The notes under the pieces: model-generated
Databases searched by the model: none
Seen by the model: only the letters and a program-made list of their open reading frames with translations
Told to the model about the DNA's origin: nothing
Program-made: the position numbers and the translations under genes
NCBI GenBank assembly: GCA_024704765.1
Contig: JAKMXF010000312.1
Span: 62,001-126,000 of the forward strand
Length of the DNA: 64,000 nt
Source: Oopsacas minuta
Taxonomy: Eukaryota; Animalia; Porifera
Direction of reading: 5' to 3'
Part shown: positions 38,401 to 47,688 of the stretch, one piece after another
How the letters are laid out: each line of letters begins with the position of its first letter
How positions within the stretch are numbered: the stretch's first letter is position 1

Positions 38401-41400
38401 GACCCCCCGGGCACTCCATTTTTGCAAGCAGTACTCACGCTCATACTGAAGTAATAATTAATAGGGTAATTTTCTTCTCGAACGAACGCAAAACTGTCCG
38501 AATTCTGGAAGCAGGTTAACGTTACTGTTCCGGTTCGACTGTTGCTACCTCCGCTGTAAATCAACTCAAAAGTATTTTCCTTGATCAAGTTAACGCTAAC
38601 TTGATTTAGTCTACCAATTAGATAATTACTTCCCCCATACTCCTGGCAGAGAGCTGTCTGCTTACTGACAGTACACTCTGTATCATCCCAATTCGACTCT
38701 ATCTTGCAAGGATAATACCTGTAGGTGGCTGGGTTATTGTCATCGAAGTCCTGTACGAAATCAATTCCTCTCAGGTCAAGTGTGAGGTCAGAAGTGGCCC
38801 AGACACAATCTCCCACTTTTTTAACCTCCTGAGTGAATACAGTGTTAAGCAGACACACTGTTAGTATTATTCCAAAATAATTCATTTGTGTGCTAATACA
38901 CTCTCATACAATATATATGTCCCTAATGGATACTCAATACCCTATCTTGTGTTCTATATTTAGAACTATACTTCTATTCTTAGTTATTAATTCAGTAGAA
39001 AATGTGCTATTTTCTTAGAATTTCTGTCATATGATTAATTAAGGGAGGTGTTAAAATATGCCTTCTGGTTATTTATAGATATGGAGGAAGTCATTAAGAC
39101 TTTGTATGTCTCAAATCCAAGGGTCTATCAAAGGAGAGCATTGCAACCTTGACCGTTTCAAAGTGAAATATATGTACAACAATTACTTAGTACTTTAATA
39201 ATGACAATACAAACAAACAAGTAAATACAAACAATATTAACTGGGTACTTTGGAGTAATCTTCTTTGATGTGATCCTTCATGTACTCTCTGACCTGCGGG
39301 ATAAATGAGAAAGTAAACAAGAATCCGTCTCTGAATAGAAATGGGGAATCTTTCCAGAAAGCTAGATTTGGTATTAATCCAATTCCTCTCTCTTTCTTAT
39401 GCAAATACATAAACAGCATTCCTCCTACAATATACGTTGTCACGGCGAAGATAGACGCGAGCACTAGGATTATGAATAACGCGAACCCTCCATCATCCCC
39501 TCCTGTAGACCCCCCGGGGATTCCCCCACTCTTACAAGCATTCTCTACACTCATAGAAAAGAAGTAAGTAGGATAGACCTCATAATCAAACTTGAATTCA
39601 TCTGAATTTTGGAAACAACTTAGAGTCACCTTCCCCTCTCTACCCGAAAAGCCTCCCTCGTAAGACAACTCAAAAGTGTCCTTTGTGAGTGACTTAACGC
39701 TTACTGTGTTGAGCTTACCTACAATGTAAATGGACCCGTCTTGGTGGTTTTTCTGGCAGAGTGCCGGCTTGTTATCAGCGGTACAACCATATTGACTCCA
39801 ATCAGAGTTTATCTTACAGGGATAATATCTGTATGTAGCTTGGCTAAAATCATCGTCGTATTCTAAAAATCCAAAGTCTCTCAGGTCAAGTGTGAGGTCA
39901 GAAGTGGCCCAGACACAATCTCCCACTTTTTTAACCTCCTGAGTGAATACAGTGTTAAGCAGACACACTGTTAGTATTATTCCAAAATAATTCATTTGTG
40001 TCCTAATACACTTTCATACAATATATATGTCCCTAATGGATACTCAATACCCTATCACGTGTTCTATATTTAGAACTATACTACACTATTCCATGATTTG
40101 GATTATCTTAACATTATTTTGAGAATTGAATGACTATAATCTCCGTGGTGAACATTTCTAATCCAAGAATATGTGTGGAGATATTCTAATGCTTAATTCT
40201 TGTATATATATTAATTTTACTAATAACAAGTAAACAAACAAACAACAAATAATAAGGGTATCAAACTTAGATACCATCTGGTAAATTATTATAATTCCTT
40301 GCGGCTGTCTGTCTGGTATTCTCCAACCCTCCCATAAGTTTTACATGCAGTCTTAACACTCATGCTAAAATGATATATTGGAAATACTTCATAATCAAAG
40401 TAGAATACGTCATCATCTTGGAAGCATGTAATGGTGACTATCCCTTTTCTATTATTATTTCCTCCAAAGTACATCAATTCGAAAGTGTACGGTTTCACTA
40501 AGGTGACAACCAGCTGACTTTGATTACCAATTAAGTGAGTAGGACCTTGATACTTCTGACAGAGAGCAGGGTTGTTTCCGATCGTGCATACACTCGGGTC
40601 CCAATTAGAGTACACTTTGCAAGGATAATACCTGAAAGTTCCTGGGTTGTTATGATTGAAATATTCGAAAAAATACAAATCTGTCAGGTCAAGTGTGAGG
40701 TCAGAAGTGGCCCAGACACAATCTCTCACTTTTTTAACCTCCTGAGTGAATACAGTGTTAAGCAGACACACTGTTAGTATTATTCCAAAATAATTCATTT
40801 GTGTGCTAATACACTCTCAAACAATATATATGTCCCTAATGGATACTCAATACCCTATCACGTGTTCTATATTTAGAACTATACCATCACGACTTTAGTA
40901 TTGCACTATACCCAAATGGCCTTCTTTACAATCACAGCTTATTAAATCAACAGAATTCTAAATACCATTTGCCTCGTAGCGAAACTAAGCAACAAACCGC
41001 AAAGATGTTATTTAAGTTGTTAGAAACCAAACGTGTGCAAGTGTGGTGGGAGGTGTTAAATAGTGGCATGCCGGTCATACAGTTGAATTGCCCTAGGCCA
41101 AAGTGGTCAGGACATGGTCTGACTTATCTAACCATGTGTGTCACTCTGATGTCACATGGCTGTAACACAATCCACATCAGAGTATGCTTCAGTTAATATA
41201 TATAAACTCAAATTACAGAAGAAAAGTTACAATTCAAATGTATTGTATTATTCTTATACTAATTCTTGTCCCCCTAGCCAATGGTGCTAATTATAACTGC
41301 TCCTCTCAGACCCCGTGTTCCTGTAACCTCAAGGGAGTGGGGAATATGAACCTAACAGGTGTTAAGTTCCATAACAACCAAACATACGTAGAATCATTTG

Positions 41401-44133
41401 GATTTGATGGGTTCAGGTATAGATATTATCCTTGTGGTGCTGGTGGTCCATGGGGTAACGGAGACTGTAAGAAAGGGGACACAACCTGCCAGTACACTGG
41501 AGACGAGGGGTACTTCTCTCTGGGAACAGCTGTTAGATATGTTATATCACAGGCAGTGAGTGATAAACACATGCCATATGTTAGTTTTAGTTACTATGGT
41601 GGAACTAAGGGAAGGGCATCAACTGTGGAAATTATTTGTGACCCAGCGAGTTCTGTTGATAAATTGCAATTTATGGGTGAATATCCCACGCATGCGTATA
41701 ACTTCAAGTTAAATACAGTTAAGTTTTGCCCCAATATATCACCTCTATTCTGACGCAGTTTGTAAAGTATTTTGTTGTTGTTGTTGATATTATAAATTAA
41801 CTAAAATACACATATGATTACAATATATTTATAAACTAATATTTAGCTGGGCATTTTCTCATAATCTTCTTCAATTGTTTTCTTCAAATATTTTCTAACA
41901 AAAGGTATACAAGAAAATACAAACAAAAAACCATCAAAAAATAGGAACGGTGCTATTATCCAGAAACCGATATTCGGGATCAGTCCCAATCTTCGTTCTC
42001 CTTTGCATGCCATAATTCCAACACCAATGCCTAAGTATAGTATCAATCCAACTGGTAGCGTCACCATGAGAACAATGAATAATATATTACCTATTGGGGC
42101 GTCGGGTTGTTTATACAAACAAGCTTTAGGTGTCATAAATACAAAATTGTAGTTTATTATAGGACTCTCTGAGATGAATTTCAACTCATGAGACCCTCTA
42201 ATATCACACATAACTCTAACGGTAGCATTCCTTCTTCCATTAATAAAATCTGAGGTCCCATCTTGGAATAGAAAATCGAAATATGTATTGTCCCCCTTGG
42301 CAACAGCTCTAGTTATCTCGTAACTATTAGACTTACCGAGGACGTAATATTCACCGTCCCTGGTTTGTTGGCAGACAGCTGGGTGGTTTTCGATGGTACA
42401 AACTCCACCCCAATCAGCTTTAACCCCGCATGGATAATATCTATACGTGTAGACCCCTGATGTGATCTCTATATAGTCCAATCCACCTCCGCTACCCGCC
42501 AGATTCAATAGCCCAGCTGATTTAAGATTACATGTACACGCGGATTCCAATGTACAGTTTTCGTTGCTAGCGTATGATTGTGCAGCTATTAATAGTAACA
42601 CAATGATTTGAAAAATACCAAACATTTAAATATTCGATTAGACTGTATTGGACTATTTATTAGGTTTTTTGGTATATTAAATTTCAAATCTATTTTAATA
42701 TTATCTCATCGAATAGATTATTATTCTAATTATACTCATTTAGTTCCAATTGGAACCTATTTTGTATATGTTGATTGAGGAAATCGTAATACGTAGTGTA
42801 ACCTCCACAGACATGGTGTCAGGTACTCCGAAATTGCTACCCTGTTCCTCCTTTATGGAGGTTCATTTTCATGGGACTAGGGATTCGCTTTATTTATCAC
42901 CTCGTTTCCAGTAATTTAACACCTTTTGTTTGGTTCTGTTTCTGGTCAAGTGACCAGATTAACTGGTGTCTGTAATATACGGAGTATCCGGTACGTATTT
43001 CTGATACCGTTATATATTCGTATAATTACTCTGTCTATGAGCTGTTAATATCATTTGATATATTGCCTAACCTTATTAGGTGTCACATGGCTGTAACACA
43101 ATCCACATCAGAGTATGCTTCAGTTAATATATAAACTGGAATTACAGAAGAATAGTTATAATTCAAATGTATTGTATTATTCTTATGCTAATTCTTGTCC
43201 CCCTAGCCAATAGTGCTAATGTCAACTGTTCCACTGAAACGGCGTGTTCCTGTGACCTTAAGGGGGTTGGGATCATGAGCTTACACGGGAAGAGATTCAA
43301 CAAAGAAAGTTACGTTGAGACATTGGGAAGTGACAAGAACACGTATAGATATTACCCTTGTGGTGTTGATAAAAATTGGGAGGGTGGCTGTACAACAGCT
43401 TCTACAATATGTCAGTATAGTGCGGCTGACGGATTGTATCACTCAATAGGGGAAACGAATACCTTTCAGGTGATAGAAGCAGTTGGCGATGGCGACAAAC
43501 CTTATATTAAATTCATGTACACGGGGGGAACAGATGATCGTGAATCCAATGTAAAAATTATTTGTGAACCCAAGAGTACTCAAGATACGCTAGTGTTCTT
43601 AGGCGAGTTTACTACTAAGACATATGATATAGAAATGACTACTGCTAAAATATGTCCGAATGCTAACCCAACACCTTCAGGTGGTGGTGGTGGTCCTGAC
43701 ATCCCAGCTCTGTTTATTTTAGTCCTATTAGTTCTATTTTTAGCCACAATCACGTATATAGTTGTTGGCGTGTTGTTGATGGTATTTTGGAAAGGGGCAA
43801 GAGGTCTTGAAGTGATTCCAAATCTGTCTTTTTGGAAAGATTTCCCATTTTTGTTTAAAGATGGAGTCTTGTTTTCATTTGCATACATTCCTGCTGCTCG
43901 ATCTCGTATCGGGGGAGAGAAGAGTTATTCACAACTCAAGTGATTGTTTGTTTACTTGTTTGTTTACATTTTATTAGCTTTTATTTTGTATATATTTTTG
44001 TTTATCATTATCATTAATAAATAAGTTATCTGATATCCCCGGGGTGTATGAATCCATAGTCTTATACCTGAAGCTATCAAAACAAGCACTATTTATCTAA
44101 TAATATATTCTACAAACAAACAAACAAACAAAC

Positions 44134-44165
<32 letters not shown>

Positions 44166-45498
44166 TTTATATTGTTAAATCTAGGCAATCAATTTGAATC
44201 CTGATTCAGCACAGGGTTATAAATGGCGTGGAAGGGCTCATGCTATGCTAGGACACTGGGCAGAATCTGCTAAAGATTTACAGACAGCTCTCAAGCTAGA
44301 CTATGATGAAGATGTGAGTTATAATTTGTAATACATATACGGTATGGAAGTCCTAGCCGAGTATTCGCGTGCCTACAGGCGCGATTGAATGAAAAAATAT
44401 ACAGGAGATGCTGGTTATAAGAACCTATTGAGGCAGAGGAAGCAGCTTCCTCTCGCTATTTCGTGCGTAGCCTCATCGTAATCGCCATTATATTGAGGCA
44501 AATATCCCATCCTTGCCTCCTCGCTCTGGTATCTCTAGTTACCCGCAGAGAACATACCAGATATACGCACTATCTCTGGAAAACGGTTCTCATATATTCC
44601 TGTATACTATACCGGTTCTAAGCACATAAATTGCTACTCCCAAGGGTGTTCTTATAATATCCGCTGTACTGTATTCAGAATGTGTAATGTTATTAACACC
44701 TCTTAAGTGAATTATGTATAATTAGGCAAATGAATGGCTTAAAGAAATAAAGACTAAATCTGATAGAATAAGAGAGCATACTCAAAAGCAGGAGAGGAAG
44801 TCTAGAGAGAAGGAAACATATATGAGAAAGAAGAGAGTTAAGAGAGCAAAAAGACAATATGACGCGGTATTATTATTTATAATATTTATCATTTGTTTGA
44901 ATTCTGATAAATAACAACAAATAGCAACCATTGTCACATGCGGAATACACTCCCTGTATCCGAATAGAAAATGAGATACTTTCGATTTCAATTTTCACAT
45001 TCCTGGACAAACGCGAGTTTTCCCTAATAGGTGACAATATTTTGGACCATGAGGTCATTTTAGAGGATCGATTAGCGAAGAATCAATGAAGTTTATACAC
45101 GCCATTTTTAGGATAAGAAAGCTGAGGAAGAAAGAATGAAATCAATGCCATCTGGAGCGGGTGGTTACCCAAGTGGCATGGGTGGTGGCCCGCCAGGAGG
45201 AGGAGGAGGTATGCCACCTGGCATGAATGACATATTTAACGACCCAGAATTGATGGAACTTATGCAAGACAAAGAAGTGATGGAAGCTTTCCAAGATTGT
45301 GCCTCCGATCCTTCGAAACTTTCTAAATATGCCAACAATCCTAGAGTTATGAAAGCAATGCAAAAAATGCAAGAAAAAATAGGAGGCCTAGGGGGCATGG
45401 GGGGCATGGGAGCAGGTCCCACGGGGGGCATGGGGGCAGGTCCTATGGGGGGTATGGGTGCAGGTCCAAGCCCCATGAGTGATGACATGCCAGATTAG
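28639..45498 (+). CDS. ST13: Hsc70-interacting protein (Hip): dimerisation domain, acidic region, TPR, GGM repeats, STI1/DP domain
   Basis: Exons 28639-28881, 29043-29168, 29508-29711, 44185-44313, 44726-44866, 45112-45498, all joined by phase-0 introns. The TPR reads through the 14,473-bp intron (…[10 protein letters not shown]|[19 protein letters not shown]…KLDYDED), followed by FNDPEL…NNPRV. Confidence 0.93.
30484..31266 (-). CDS. MRH-domain type-I membrane protein (M6PR/ATG27-like), divergent
   Basis: Signal peptide, C.....C.C....G.VDL, YFPC, TM, RGLKLI…DGF tail, YQTI motif. Confidence 0.8.
   Translation of the reverse strand: MFVFEFFLLYALFVCVYGGKEECKRLSSCKCQHSKGTVDLSNLEGLQFTAENGTKNFSYFPCKQSFDLPGCMKSDDNAICVTSGSGSYSMGTQKSVKFIVPNTEDYGTIMAQFQFTPQGEKPTKHSELYIKCQHGETATQFKFDGLQNNNVVLQLTTKQGCYIITAGIWGNWYILVGVIVLIIATFLILYSIATVCKYKQSVRGLKLINHTDHLRSVARLILDGFRTSLSCFPYMRQNIGVDGTSGYQTIYDAESNRNYD
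31480..32448 (+). CDS. MRH-domain membrane protein with a PTTK mucin-like stalk and poly-Asn tail
   Basis: ATG 31480 (MKIFRIL), [25 protein letters not shown], (PTTK)n, TM, LFIDGF, YHAL, (AAC)n. Confidence 0.82.
32720..33973 (-). CDS. MRH-domain membrane protein, two exons (33973-33792, 33293-32720)
   Basis: The signal peptide/CRRINSCSC exon joins through a phase-2 GT-AG intron to K|YYPC. TM followed by [26 protein letters not shown]. Confidence 0.82.
34645..35100 (+). CDS. Possible small multi-TM protein, unassigned
   Basis: ~150-aa open, strongly hydrophobic ORF; no family motif recognised. Confidence 0.35.
   Translation: MLIFSHLQEPIQILLILFLAYLITWIICLLITILFVCTLSAILIITLLRGREYSHILRVHNTSLHFLFHICLVPLYSMLGVPLAIFYVILATILNFGLLFWTLTWMLYSKILTLFFETKTNIVSYKSFERANSAKSDECYQLKQLVLKKHI
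35351..35500. mobile_element. MITE with ~46-bp TIRs and TA flanks (Tc1/mariner-type)
   Basis: ta|gcttatccatggttcagtaatgcaagcaaatcgtgcgtatagat … atctgtacgcacgatttgctttgtattactgaaccatggataagc|ta. Confidence 0.7.
36050..36805 (+). CDS. MRH-domain membrane receptor, copy A
   Basis: 251 aa: signal peptide, [50 protein letters not shown]. Confidence 0.9.
   Translation: MNYLGIILTVCLLNTVFTQEVKKVGDCVWATSDLTLDLRDFGFLEYDNPSGVATYRYYPCTINADWDPDNCAIRNKPALCQENYEAVTYIVGKQETASVKIVSKDTFELTYTDGNDGRKGVVTLSCFQNSDEFKFDYEEYPTYFFSMSVENACKSEGYPGGSTGGDDGGFALFIILVLASIFAVTTYIVGGMLFMYLHKKERGIGLIPNLAFWKDSPFLFRDGFLFTFSFIPQVREYMKDHIKEDYSKVPS
37145..37900 (+). CDS. MRH-domain membrane receptor, copy B
   Basis: 251 aa, same termini as copy A. 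Confidence 0.9.
   Translation: MNYFGIILTVCLLNTVFTQEVKKVGDCVWATSDLTLDLRGIDFVQDFDDNNPATYRYYPCKIESNWDDTECTVSKQTALCQEYHGSKYLIGRLNQVSVKLIKENTFELKYSGGSKSRTGTVTLTCFQNSDSFAFVREESDPFRYYFSMSVSTACKNGVPGGSTGGDDGGFALFIILVLVSIFAVTTYIVGGMLFMYLHKKERGIGLIPNLAFWKDSPFLFRDGFLFTFSFIPQVREYMKDHIKEGYSKVPS
38130..38885 (-). CDS. MRH-domain membrane receptor, copy B'
   Basis: 251 aa, inverted near-copy of B. Confidence 0.9.
   Translation of the reverse strand: MNYFGIILTVCLLNTVFTQEVKKVGDCVWATSDLTLDLRGIDFVQDFDDNNPATYRYYPCKIESNWDDTECTVSKQTALCQEYGGSNYLIGRLNQVSVNLIKENTFELIYSGGSNSRTGTVTLTCFQNSDSFAFVREENYPINYYFSMSVSTACKNGVPGGSTGGDDGGFVLFIILVLASIFAVTTYIVGGMLFMYLHKKERGIGLIPNLAFWKDSPFLFRDGFLFTFSFIPQVREYMKDHIKEDYSKVPS
39237..39995 (-). 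CDS. MRH-domain membrane receptor, copy A'
   Basis: 252 aa, inverted relative of A. Confidence 0.9.
   Translation of the reverse strand: MNYFGIILTVCLLNTVFTQEVKKVGDCVWATSDLTLDLRDFGFLEYDDDFSQATYRYYPCKINSDWSQYGCTADNKPALCQKNHQDGSIYIVGKLNTVSVKSLTKDTFELSYEGGFSGREGKVTLSCFQNSDEFKFDYEVYPTYFFSMSVENACKSGGIPGGSTGGDDGGFALFIILVLASIFAVTTYIVGGMLFMYLHKKERGIGLIPNLAFWKDSPFLFRDGFLFTFSFIPQVREYMKDHIKEDYSKVPS
40289..40798 (-). CDS. MRH-domain protein without TM (predicted secreted), A/B subfamily
   Basis: Same promoter and first 38 aa as A/B, complete MRH domain, stop 17 codons after the last Cys. Confidence 0.75.
   Translation of the reverse strand: MNYFGIILTVCLLNTVFTQEVKKVRDCVWATSDLTLDLTDLYFFEYFNHNNPGTFRYYPCKVYSNWDPSVCTIGNNPALCQKYQGPTHLIGNQSQLVVTLVKPYTFELMYFGGNNNRKGIVTITCFQDDDVFYFDYEVFPIYHFSMSVKTACKTYGRVGEYQTDSRKEL
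41238..41753 (+). CDS. MRH-domain protein without TM (predicted secreted), relative of the 43167 gene
   Basis: ATG 41238 (MYCIIL); shares ~90 bp of upstream sequence and the signal peptide with 43167; ends [10 protein letters not shown]. Confidence 0.78.
   Translation: MYCIILILILVPLANGANYNCSSQTPCSCNLKGVGNMNLTGVKFHNNQTYVESFGFDGFRYRYYPCGAGGPWGNGDCKKGDTTCQYTGDEGYFSLGTAVRYVISQAVSDKHMPYVSFSYYGGTKGRASTVEIICDPASSVDKLQFMGEYPTHAYNFKLNTVKFCPNISPLF
41843..42625 (-). CDS. MRH-domain membrane receptor
   Basis: 260 aa: [26 protein letters not shown]…FFDGF, YEKM. Confidence 0.88.
   Translation of the reverse strand: MFGIFQIIVLLLIAAQSYASNENCTLESACTCNLKSAGLLNLAGSGGGLDYIEITSGVYTYRYYPCGVKADWGGVCTIENHPAVCQQTRDGEYYVLGKSNSYEITRAVAKGDNTYFDFLFQDGTSDFINGRRNATVRVMCDIRGSHELKFISESPIINYNFVFMTPKACLYKQPDAPIGNILFIVLMVTLPVGLILYLGIGVGIMACKGERRLGLIPNIGFWIIAPFLFFDGFLFVFSCIPFVRKYLKKTIEEDYEKMPS
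43167..43943 (+). CDS. MRH-domain membrane receptor, closest to the canonical CD-M6PR/ATG27 tail
   Basis: 258 aa: [47 protein letters not shown]. Confidence 0.9.
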   Translation: MYCIILMLILVPLANSANVNCSTETACSCDLKGVGIMSLHGKRFNKESYVETLGSDKNTYRYYPCGVDKNWEGGCTTASTICQYSAADGLYHSIGETNTFQVIEAVGDGDKPYIKFMYTGGTDDRESNVKIICEPKSTQDTLVFLGEFTTKTYDIEMTTAKICPNANPTPSGGGGGPDIPALFILVLLVLFLATITYIVVGVLLMVFWKGARGLEVIPNLSFWKDFPFLFKDGVLFSFAYIPAARSRIGGEKSYSQLK

Positions 45499-45865
45499 TT
45501 GGACAATTCTTTGGTGATAATTTGAACGTTATTAGAGTTGTATTAGATAGCAGTAGTATGTTCGTTAACATATTTCCTATTAGTTATTGATGTCTTTTGT
45601 TATGAAGTTTTCAAAGGGTGTGAAGTGGTAGACACTCGTTCATACATTTACAAGAATCTTATCAGGGGGTTATCTAGGTGCTTAGGGGTGTCATGAAGGT
45701 CACGAACTGGCATTATCCATAGTATTCTTTATTGAAAAGCGTCTTATTAACAACCGTAAAATATTCAAATTGGTTTATAATGTGTCGCAAGCCACAAATA
45801 CAATAAATATGCATTTACGTTAAATGTATAGAATATTGAATTATTAAATAATTGAGTGTTTTAAG

Positions 45866-47470
45866 ATGAAAACTAAGCTTCGCGTAGTTTTGTTTTGTAG
45901 TTTGATTCTGTTATTATTTATCCTAACAACGCTGCGTGCCTTATGGAATGCAAAGTATTCAGATATACCTCTCATCTCTGAACCTTTCAAATTTCAAAAT
46001 ATTTTTCTAGAATCTGATGAGGTTTTAGGTAACTTTTCTGATGTGTGAATTATGTAACTGTTGTATAATAATATATTTTATAGGTGTTACAGCATTATGG
46101 GAGACATGGGACCAATGGGTGCAAACAGATGGTACCTTATACACCTTGGAGCAGTCCAATTCCCATACAATGTCCTCACTAATAAAATTACTAGCAAAAT
46201 CAGAGATTATAAGTGCTAGTCCTGCTGTTGGTGGATCTCAGCTGAAGATTTCATTGGTCCTCCAAGGAGGACAGAAGGCCGTGTTTAGACCAATGAGATA
46301 CGACAGAGACTTCGTAATAGAGGAGAGAGGAAATAAAGGAGCAGATAGGCATAATGGAGAGATAGCTGCATTCCATTTGGCTAGGATACTAGGTTGTTGT
46401 GCTAGTGTATATTAGCCTCCACTGGGGAAACCCTCTAATCTGATTGTGCGATACATTCGTCACCTTTTATTAAGATACATACATACTACCAAATTTGAAA
46501 TTAACCAAACAAACTTGACAAATATTTTAGGAATAACAAGAGTACCTCCAGTAGTCGGGAAGAGATTAAACTTAGAAGAATTACTACACAAATCTGATAG
46601 ATCTCTATCTGATACAATATACAGAAATCCTCGTACTTCTAATATGTGTCTGTATGGTGTATGCTATTACTGTAGTAAAGACGATCCAGTATGTGCTAAT
46701 GGTAAGTTAGAATGGTGTTTCCTTTGTGTGATATTAACACCTGACTCAGAAGTAGATAAGTACGGTTTAAGCAATTAAATGGAGTGACAGGAGCGCCGAA
46801 ATATGCTACCTCGTTCCCCCTTTAGTGGAGGTTACACTGTCACAAATTATCCACTTTAATGTGTGATGTGTCGTTAGGGAATATTCTAGAAGGATCTCTG
46901 TCACTCTGGATTCCTGACAGATACACAATTATGAAATTCAAGAACCCTTGTTGGAACAAGGACTGTAGGAGAGAACTGTTACGTGGCCCTCTGTTCTATA
47001 CTGGACCTGCACTATTGGACCTCATTGATATAGCAGTGTTTGATTTTCTGATCGGAAATATGGATAGACACCAGTGAGTTTGTTTGTTTGTTTGTTTGTT
47101 TGTTGTTTATCGGGGTGATGATTATAGTTTTGAGATGTTTTCACAAAATTCCGAATCAAATCGTATTCTCCTTCTTGACAACGGAAAGAGTTTTGGGAAT
47201 CCCTTCAGGGACGATTTTATCCTTCTAAAACCACTTCAACAACTTTGCATGATTCGTAACTCAACATACCAAACGCTCCTAACAGTTTCCAGGAAACCTA
47301 GTCTCACAATCCGCTTAACAAACTCTTTGTTAACAGACCCAATTAGCCCTGTATTAAATGAGGAACATTTATCAGCTATAGACAGAAGACTAGGGTCTGC
47401 TTTAGATATCATAGAACAATGTATTAGTAACCATGGTAACAGTGTATTAGAGGATAGAGGATATATTTAG
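45866..47470 (+). CDS. FAM20B: FAM20 secretory-pathway kinase, FAM20B (xylosylkinase)-like
   Basis: Exons 45866-46028, 46084-46392, 46531-46701, 46878-47073, 47128-47470. Type-II anchor, GSQLK, DRHNGEIAAFHL, CLYGVCYYC, DFLIGNMDRHHFE, LLDNGKSFGNP, DPISPVL. Confidence 0.88.
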
Positions 47471-47688
47471 TATAGCAATTATTGAATATTATGTGTATAT
47501 TATATTTTAAGAAATTACGAGTTCCTTTGGGTGCTTATTGGGACTTATTTCATACCTATTAGGGGATTATTCATATTTTCACACCTTTGAGTACAAAGTC
47601 TCAAAAGTTACTGAACTGTTTGCCCTCTTTGGTTACCAAATTGGCAATAAGATATGTGCTTAATGATGGTATAAATCTAAAAATAGAT

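Larger units (their letters stand above)
35956..40089. repeat. ~4.1-kb imperfect palindrome (arms ~35956-37930 and ~38098-40089) carrying four MRH genes
   Basis: The promoter, the intergenic spacer (36806-37144 vs 38886-39236) and the genes are mirrored; the spacers differ by a ~12-bp indel near 39118. Confidence 0.9.

Noticed and set aside
36475-39567. Four similar 93-95 aa ORFs ([11 protein letters not shown]…)
   Set aside because: They are antisense shadows of the conserved TM/tail block of the MRH genes.
35956-40089. Palindrome as a pure assembly artifact or uncollapsed haplotype
   Set aside because: A and A' differ extensively in-frame, the spacers differ by an indel, and all four ORFs are intact. 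Not fully excluded without long reads.
44340-44640. CpG-rich intronic segment as an RNA gene or MITE
   Set aside because: Only short partial inverted repeats; no clear TIR/TSD pair or tRNA/snoRNA boxes.
28639-45498. ST13 halves as two separate genes or a rearrangement break
   Set aside because: Same strand, canonical GT/AG, matching phase 0 and a continuous TPR sequence; one long intron is simpler.
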